Shown here piece by piece: positions 55,431-64,000 of a stretch of DNA of 64,000 nucleotides (position 1 is its first letter; each line of letters starts with the position of its first letter). Origin of the DNA: the human T2T-CHM13v2.0 reference genome, Homo sapiens. The translations under genes and the position numbers were made by a program. The stretch is taken from NCBI RefSeq assembly GCF_009914755.1, contig NC_060928.1; one strand, 5' to 3'. A model generated the notes under the pieces. That model saw only the letters and a program-made list of their open reading frames with translations. It was not told where the DNA came from and did no database searches.

Positions 55431-56984
55431 TTGGCTCTCAGTAGATTCTCTCTGTCCATTCTTGATCTCATTTCTGTTGATCAGCCCTCTTTGCCACATC
55501 CTGGCTATTATCACCCTTATACATTTCTTCGTTCTCTTAAAATGCAATTAACATCAAAAGGCAGTCCTGTATCAGAGTGTTACCAAAGGTTGGGAGACTA
55601 GGGGAAGGGATCCCAGCACAGCAGAAGCACCAAGTTAATACTTATTATTAGGCAACATTGTGCTAAAATTCCATTGGCTGTTCTCCATCATGAGGAATTT
55701 CTCTAGACCATTTCCCCATCTCAGTCAGGACTTTTTCCCTCTTTCTTTAGATTCTTCCTTATACAGATTAGCTTCTAACTTCTAAACCAAGCAATGGGTC
55801 TGTCTTTGAATATCCAGATGTTTATTTAGGATATGTTAATTTTAAGATGTGCAATAGGTTATATTCAAAATCTCTGTGTTTCCTATCTCTCCTCTCCTTT
55901 TATCCCTCTATGTAGTTGTCTAGCTTCTGGCATCTGAATCACAGTGCTAATATTGACTCCCATTGATTGATTATTGAGACTAATGGCTAAAATAGAGACT
56001 CTTTTTTAAAAAGTATTGGTTTTCTTAGATTGGAACATAATGTAGTCATCAAGGTCTGGGTTAAAGTTTTAGTTCCTCTGTCTATTAGCCAACCACAGAT
56101 AAGTGAATTATTACCTTTTTGAGCCTTGGATTCCTCAGATCATCGATAGACATAGTGATCAGATAATACATGTGTAAGGTCCTAGCATAGTCCCTGGCAC
56201 ATAGAAAAGCACTCAGTAATGTTAATTCCTTCCTTCCCATTCTTCTATTTCTTTTCTTTTGCTGTGACAATAATTAGAAATTTATCAAGCTAGTAAATTT
56301 TCTTGCTAATGTAAGAAATGACTTACATCAGGTGCAAACTCTAAAGCAAACAGCCAGTAGGATTAGTAACAACAGTTATATCTGAGTGATGACATGGAAT
56401 ATATGCAAGGACAATACTGCATGTTTGAGCCAACATTCCTGAGGACAAAATAAAGCTTTTTTTTTTCCCTTTTTACAAATGGCACTGGAAAAGGGTATAA
56501 ATACTCCTTCTCTCTTCTGTCCTTTAAATGTATGGATTATTTATTTCCAAAATGTTGGATAAACTTTCAGTAAGGCTGAATAGAAACTAAAAGGTTTTCT
56601 GTCCTGGTTACAGGCCCACTTCAATAAGTAAAATGTACAGTCAGTAAGTAAAGTTTGCAGTATAATAATCAAAGTTTTGAATTTCACTCAAAGTTAACTT
56701 CTTCCACCCTCCAATTGGAGTTGTCTACATTCTGGTGGGTCTGCAGCAGGGATTGGGGTATATGGGACTTTTCTACTTCTCATCTTGTTTGCCACCTGCC
56801 ATTAGAATTTCTCTGATTTCTTTAAGTTTTTTGTTGGTAGGGGGAGAAGAAGTCTATGGCTGATAAAATGTAACCTTGTGATAGTATCTTCCAGAAGTTT
56901 TGCCTTTCCAAGCCAGATTCTTCCTCTCATTAGATACTTTTGTGTCTGTGATAGCCTCTTTGGGTCCTTTCAATTTTTTTTTAA

Positions 56985-57630
56985 GAAATTTATTATTAAT
57001 TGGCAAAAAATTATATATATTTATTTTGTACAACATTTTGTTTTGAAATACGTATACGTTGTGAAGTGGCTAAATTGAGCCATTAAGATATGTACTCCCT
57101 CACATTCTTATCATTTTTGTGTGTATGGTGAGACCATGTAAAACCTATTCCCTTAACAATTTCCAAGAATATGATACCTTGTTATCAACTATAGTCACTA
57201 TATTAGTCTTTTCTCACGCTGCTAATAAAGACATACCTGAGCCTGGGTAATTTATAAAGGAAAGAGGTTTAATTGACCCACAGTTCCACATGGCTGCGGA
57301 GGCCTCACAATCATGGTGGAAGAGCAAGGGACGTCTTACATGGTGGCCGGCAATAGAGAGGCAGAGAAACTACCCTTTATAAAACCATCACATCTCGTGA
57401 GACTTATTCACTATCAGGCAAACAGCACGGAAAAGACCCACCCCCATGATTCAGTTACCTCCCACTGGGTCCTTCCCATGACATGTGGGAATTGTGGGAG
57501 CTACAATTCAAGATGAGATTTGGGTGGGGACACAGTCAAACCATATCAGGCTGTAGAATGTATCTCTTAAGCTTATTTCTCCTGTCTTATTGAAATTTTG
57601 TGTCTTTTGACCAACATCTCGCTGCCCTCC
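56985..57630 (-). mobile_element. L1MA8/9-like 3' end interrupted by THE1B LTR
   Basis: ...AACTATAGTCAC | GCTGTAGAATGTATCTC...TTTGACCAACATCTC continues across the LTR. Confidence 0.75.
57199..57548 (-). mobile_element. THE1B solo LTR
   Basis: TATTAGTC...GCTGCTAATAAAGACATACC...GGGACACAGTCAAACCATATCA. Confidence 0.92.
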
Positions 57631-57982
57631 TCTTGATGTATGCATTACAGTCCTCCTGCCAGGCCTGTGCGGATTCCTTCCTTGGCCCCTGGCATCCAGC
57701 TGTTTCTGTTCAGTCCCTGGAATATATTTCCCACAGCAGTATTCTTACACAAGGATTCAGGACAGCTCCAGGTTGCTCCCTGCTTCATGACGCACATTTT
57801 GTCCCAGGGAGAAAATACATTACTCCTCCAGAATTTGTTTCACCGCAGTTTGCTTTCCATTGCCATCTCTTTATCATGCAGCCATGGTCTCTTAGCAGCC
57901 TCTTGCCTGTAGAACTTTTCATCAGCTCCAAGAGAAATAGATCAGGCCAAACTCTCTTTGAGTGTTTCTCTTAAACTCCCTT

Positions 57983-57984
<2 letters not shown>

Positions 57985-58078
<94 letters not shown>
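57985..58078. repeat. Compound microsatellite (AT)22(AG)25
   Basis: Direct read; both tracts uninterrupted. Confidence 0.98.
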
Positions 58079-58079
<1 letters not shown>

Positions 58080-58934
58080 CAATCTGTACAGGGCCCTGTG
58101 CTATGCAGGGCTTCTAAAAAATATGAAGCCTCTCTGTCCCAGAGAGTTTACAGGTTATTTGTTAAGAGAGAATTTACTCCCTTTCACCCTGGAATTACAG
58201 CCAAGACCAAGGCCAACTTTAAAAGAGGTTAAGTGCTCCTGAGTTTGAGAGAGTTGGCAGTAGTTGGGAGAATGTACTCCTCCATTGACCCTCATCCTAT
58301 GCCTTGAGGTGGAGAGGAAATAAGGGGATCTGGTATTTTCTCTTTTTCAAGCTAAGGAAAGGAGGTCAGTGCAGGGAATGATGAGAGAATCATCTATATG
58401 ATTCTAGGGAACATCAGATAAGGAGACACTACCACTTTACTCAACTATTGGACCTGTGCTTCATGAGAAAACCTTCTAACTGGCCAATTTATTATTAAAA
58501 CATAGGTAAAGAGAATTAGGCAGACATGGCATGGTGAGAAATTACTAAGCAAAGAGGAAATCAGGACACATCCCATGTCTAATGCTCAGTTTAAATAAGT
58601 ACAAAAGAGACACCTCCACCTCTTTATGCCTGGCTATTGAGGGTAGTGACACAGGAGGCTACAGTTTTTCTAAAACCAGTGCTTTATGGGGGAAAAGGGG
58701 ACTCATGAGTCAGAGCCATGTTGCTTGAACCCGCTAGCTGGAGAACAGCTGGAAGAAGTGGTCACTCTTCCAAGGAACTAACAACATCAAGGAGAGCTGC
58801 CTGGGTCTGTTAGAGTCAGCACCCACCCCCTCATAACTCTCATGTAGCAGCAACAACTGTCATGTTCAACAATGGGATGACTACTTGCTCAGTGAAGTGA
58901 GATGTTTGCCCTTTTCCCTCTTCTTTTTCCTCAC

Positions 58935-59282
58935 TGCTATTGACTAAATCAGTATCTTCATATCTTCCTCAAATTCATATATTAAAACCTAACCTCCAAT
59001 GGGACAGTGTTAGGAGGTTGGTTTTTGGAGGTGATTAGGTCATGAGCATGGAGCCCTCATAAATAGGATTTGTGCCTTTATAAAAGAGACCCCAGAGCAC
59101 AGAGACTCCCTTTCACCATGTGAAGATGCAGAGAAGATGCCACCTCTGAACCAGGAAATGGGCTCTCACCAGACATCAAATCTAGTAGAGCTTTTATCTC
59201 AGACATCCCAGCTTTCAGAACTGTTGTTTAAAGCCACCCAGTTGATGATATTCTGTTATAGCAGCCTGAACACAGTAAGACA
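58935..59282 (+). mobile_element. MLT1A-like solo LTR with perfect 5-bp TSD
   Basis: TGCTATTG...TAAGACA flanked by CTCAC (58930-58934) and CTCAC (59283-59287). Confidence 0.9.
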
Positions 59283-59653
59283 CTCACCCCCAAGAAGGAG
59301 GAGCTGATGTTCTGAAGATGGACGAGAAAGGGGAAGTAAAGAGCAGGGCACGCCACTCCACCTCCTTCCCCCAAGTGAGATGAATCAAGGGGAGATGCAG
59401 GCAGAACCTGGAGCAGGAGAAAACTTGGTCCATGTTCCAGATCAAAGTTTCAAAATTATTAGTACTATTTTAAATATCCAAATGAAGGAGTTCTAAATCA
59501 GAAAGGAGCAGACAACTTGTGGACTCTTTAAGGAGGCCTCTTCTTCTCTATGAGATCTCATAGAACACAGGTAGAGACAGTTAACTGAAAACATAAGTTT
59601 TGTGTTGAGTTGAGACTTCATAATATAACTGTTATATGTGTATGATGTGATAT

Positions 59654-59655
59654 TA

Positions 59656-59686
<31 letters not shown>
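59654..59686. repeat. (TA)n microsatellite, interrupted
   Basis: Direct read. Confidence 0.9.
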
Positions 59687-61847
59687 CCACACAGTTTAGC
59701 ATATCCGAAGTACTGTTTGAATGATGGAGATACTAAGCAGTAAAAAGTGCAAAATGGATGCATTGAACAATTTTGTAATAAGAAAATAGAAATTCAGTTT
59801 AACATCTTGCCTCTGCACCACACACACACACTCACAGAGTTTCTCTCTCTTCTTTTATGCTTGAACACATGGATTAGCACTTCTTTTCATAGAATTAATA
59901 TAATTCCATGTGAATTATATGAAAGAACTTCCTATAGAAAGGATTTTAGGTCACACATAAAGGAAGAAATTCTTTTTGCATCTTAGCTAACAGAATGCTA
60001 CACATTTCTCCAGTCCTACACTTGCTCTATCATGAAATAGAGTGCTTTTTAAAACGTTGACTTCTATTTTGTGTTTTTACAAAATACTTTCACTTATCTG
60101 TTATCCATGTTTGTATTAAACCTGCTCTGTGAATAAACTTTGCAATAATAAGGGCCACATATATAACAGCTAAGTCTAGTGACTCATACAGATTCATGTC
60201 TGAATAGGAACTTGATAAGAGTTGATTGGTGATGACGAGGCCATGTCAATGAGCTCAAAGAAAGCTTAGCAGCCAGGACAGAAATTATTCTTATGGTCAG
60301 TTACACTTTTCTCTGAAGTTTAGTAAACTATGCAATGAACATTTCCTCCCCAGGATTTGAGTCTGGAATTGGGATTTTGGTTGAAGATTACAGTGGGGGT
60401 TCCATAACTCTTGGCTTCTGGTGAGGACAGAAAGTTTCTTTAAAAAGTTACTTGAATAACCAGATTATTTTGGAATGCCTGAAACTCTGACTGCTCAGGA
60501 ATATTTCAAGGCCACAAGTATTTTTCATGTACCATATGTTAAACATTACATTTTATAGGTTACATATAAGTGAAAGACATATTTTCTACTTTCAAAGAAT
60601 TATAGACTCTTAGAGAGAAAGATACACAGCTGCATGCACTCAGAGACAGAAACAGTAGCAAAGTTAGCAGTTTCCTCAATAAGGTATCTAGAATCCTAGC
60701 ACCAAGAGATAGGAAAAACAACACCAAATTAAAACTTGGGGGTCCATGGAACACATTTTGAGAACTATTGGGGGAAATAATTGGATGTTGTGCACTAAGT
60801 GGTAAAGTTAGTATTACAGACAGAAGTATAGGAAGGAAGAGGGGAAAGAAATGATTAGGGTCTGGACAAATGAGGGAGGGTTTTGTGCAACAGATGTGGT
60901 TTAAGCTAGGCTTGGAAAGATGGGTAGCATTTGGAGAGGAGGGAAGGAAGAATATGTTTCTGACAGTCAGATGGCACAATGTCTTAGGCGAGTAAGAAAT
61001 AAAATTAAGATCCAGATATACAAAGAAGCTCTGTAAGAGTGGAGGTTTGTGGTGAAGAACCTCTGAGACATGGGATGAGTGTACAACGAAGGATAAACAG
61101 GCTGTATAGTAAAAGGGTGTGAATGCCAGGCAGAAGCATCTGGCAAGATTAAAAAGGGGATTTAAAATTATTAGATTAAAGTTCTTTTTGAATAATCTTA
61201 ATGCGTTTTATTACTTGGAAGTCTAGTGTTCCTTCAGATGTTAACATATGCCTTCTCAAAAGTTGTACAATGACCATACAAAGTGAGATAATAGGTTTCT
61301 TTACTCTGGGATGTTCCAGTCTTTTACACTAAATAACACTGCTTTTTAAAAGGGGGGAATGTAATATTTCATTAAAGAACTCCCATCCTACTTTTTTGTT
61401 TTTGTGAAAGAACACTTGTTGGCATTTGTCACTTTATGTAACTTAATTTGGGAAATGCTCTACTAAATATTTACCAGCTATGCTCTGGAGACTTGTAGTC
61501 CTGGCTTATGTTAATTTGGGCAACAAGGAGGAACAGGTGAGAATTATCCCTCTTTGGAGTGACTTTGTTTCTTTGTCAAATAATATAAATATTAGAAAAT
61601 GAGATGGTCAATTTTTATTGAAACTGATGTTCAATAAAAATTACTGTAGACCAAAATTTGCTGACATCTGAGACCACATACCAAGTTGAAAATTAGTGTT
61701 TAAGAAGAAAACAACATCCATTTATCCAATTTTAATTAATAATCTGAGTTATAGTAAGCTGTTAAGATTTTTACATTAATTTGCAGAATTTTATTACTAT
61801 TACTAGTGTTAGAATTTTTTATGTTTACTGGCCTTTTGCCTTTTAAA

Positions 61848-63170
61848 GAATTTTTTATTTTAGAATAGTTTTTGATTTACAGAAAAATTGCAAAGATAGT
61901 ACAAGGAGTTTCCATATGACCAACACCCAACGTTTCCTATTATTAACATGTTAAAATAAGTGTGGTACATTTGTCACAGTTAATGAACCAATACTGATAA
62001 ATTATTATTAATTAAAGTCCATACTTTATTCAGATTTCCTTAGGGTTCATCTGGTGTCCTTTTTTCTGTTCCTGGATCTCATCTAGGTTAGATATTTCAT
62101 TCATTTTCTCAGGCTTTTCTTGGTTTTGGTGATCTTGATAGTCGTGGAGAGTGCTGGTCAGGTTTTTAAAGAATGTTCAGTTGGAATTTGTTCAGTATTT
62201 TCTCCACAATTAGATTATGGTTATGTGTCTTGGAAAGGAAGATAACAGAAGTAATGCTTCATTTTTATATCATTCTGTAAAGAGTACATGCTATCAACAT
62301 GACTTTTCATTGTTGAAGTTAAACTTGATCCCTGGATGAGGTGCTGATTGCTAGGTTTCTCCACTATATAGTTACTCTTTTTCCCTACTTTCCACACTGT
62401 ACTCTTTGGAAAGAAGTCATTCAGCTCACATTTACCAGGTGAGGAGTTACACTCTACTTCCTTGAGAATGAAGTATCTACATACAGCATTTGAAATTCCT
62501 CTCATGGAAGATTTGGCTTAGTCCTTATTTATTTATTCAATCATTTATGTATATCAGTGTGGACTCATAGGTATTTATTTTATAATTTGATTATATAATC
62601 TAATACCACTTTATTTTGTTGCTCAAATTGTTCCAGCTTTGGTCATTGAAATTGGCTCTTGAGTCCCATTGACATACTCATATTGAGGTCTTTTTTATTT
62701 TTATTTTTTGAGTACTTTCTGGCAATGTAAGATGATCCAGGCTCACCTTGTGTTTTTTTTCTGCCCCAGTGCTATAATTAGCTGTTTCTTCAAGGAGCTC
62801 TGGTTCGTTTTATTGGAAAATGGTATTAGCAATATCTGGGAGCCAAGAGAGCTAAGTGTGTTCACTGCTCCAGGGATGTCATTGTTTCTAGGACCTCTCA
62901 GCTGACAGACCAAGGAAATATATGTGGGTATGCTATCCTGTGTATTTCCACATCTATAAATATTTCCATATGCAACCATTTGTATCTGAATCAAGCTAAA
63001 CACGAGTTCATACTGGTGCCCATGACTCTAATCCATTACCACATGGATGATTCTAGTCTCCTTCCCTTGCTTATTTCTAAATTCCCACTCTCAACAATAA
63101 GAAACTTGGCTCCCATCACCCATCATCTATTTACTTAATATTTCAATTCTCATATACATGTATAGCAATT
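61848..63170 (-). mobile_element. L1MC/L1MD 3' UTR fragment
   Basis: TTTACAGAAAAATTGCAAAGATAGTACA...AAAGTCCATACTTTATTCAGATTTCC...GCTCAAATTGTTCCAGCTTTGG. Confidence 0.8.
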
Positions 63171-63179
63171 GTAACATAT

Positions 63180-64000
63180 GTTTTTAAAGTTTTTATTTTT
63201 TATGGATACATAGTAGGTATGTATATATTGAGATATGAGATATTTTGATATAGGCATAAAATGTATAATAATCACATCAATGTACATGAGGTGTCCATCA
63301 CCTGAAGCATTTATCATTTCTTTGAGTTATAAACATTTCAATTGAATTCTCTAAGTTATTGTAAAATGTACAACAAATTATTGCTGACTGCAGTCACCCT
63401 GTTGTGCTATCAAAAATTAGATCTGATTCATTGCATCTAACTATATTTTTGTACTCACTGACCATCCAAATTTCCCCCACCCACCCACTACTCTTTCCAG
63501 CCACTGGTAACCATTATTCTACTCTCTATCTCCATGAGTACAATTGTTTTAATATTTAGCCCCAATAAATGAGTTACAATATGTGAAGCTTGTCTTTCTG
63601 TGTCAGCTTATTTTAGTTAACAAAATGTCTTCCAGTTCCATTCATGTTGTAAGTGACAGGATCTCATTCTTTTTTATGGCTGATTAGTGACTAGTACTCC
63701 ATTGTGTGCATGTGCAACATTTTCTTTATCCATTCTCTGTTGATGAACACAGTAGGTTGCCTCCAGATCTTTGCTATTGTGAATAGTGCTACAACGAACA
63801 TGGGAGTGCAAATACCTCTTTGATATACAGATTTGCTTTCTTTTGTTTATATACCTAGCACTGAGATTGCTGCATCCATATGGTAGTTCCATAACAGTTT
63901 TAGTCTTTTAAGGAACCTCTACACTGTTCTCTATAGTGGTTGTACTCATGGTTCCCTCTGCTTTGTGGTATTACTCAAGAAGTCTTTGCTCAGACCAATG
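63180..64000 (-). mobile_element. L1MA2/3-like 3' end (runs off the window)
   Basis: L1MA 3' terminus (TATGGATACATAGTAGGT...); the ORF2-end sequence encodes the alternate-frame peptide LHSHVRCSTIHNSKDLE typical of L1. Confidence 0.85.

Noticed and set aside
57958-58242. ORF with IY/ER repeats
   Set aside because: Translation of the (AT)n(AG)n microsatellite

Overview
Primate (very likely human, chr4p13) AT-rich genomic DNA. It contains about 18.6 kb of upstream sequence, coding exon 1 of GRXCR1 (ATG 18671 to splice donor after 19054; 128 codons) and about 45 kb of intron 1. GRXCR1 is the hair-cell stereocilia gene mutated in DFNB25 deafness; exon 2 was not found in the window. The rest is dominated by transposon fossils: L1MA/L1MC/L1ME/L1PA, Alu J/S/Y, near-full-length Tigger1, a complete THE1 MaLR provirus, solo MaLR/ERVL LTRs, ERVL pol remnants, MIR and L2. 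Almost all other ORFs in the track are spurious. I found no convincing new biological system. The most notable unexplained structure is a ~440-bp non-Alu fold-back palindrome in intron 1 with a third, younger inverted copy of one arm end (43425-44426). Other notable items: a 24-nt tailless U6 retro-insertion with TSD inside a THE1 LTR, a twin-primed inverted L1, an Alu replacing the Tigger1 catalytic motif, and codon 9 reading Lys instead of the Glu I recall for reference GRXCR1. Repeat subfamily names and outer boundaries come from recall of consensus sequences, not from a run search.
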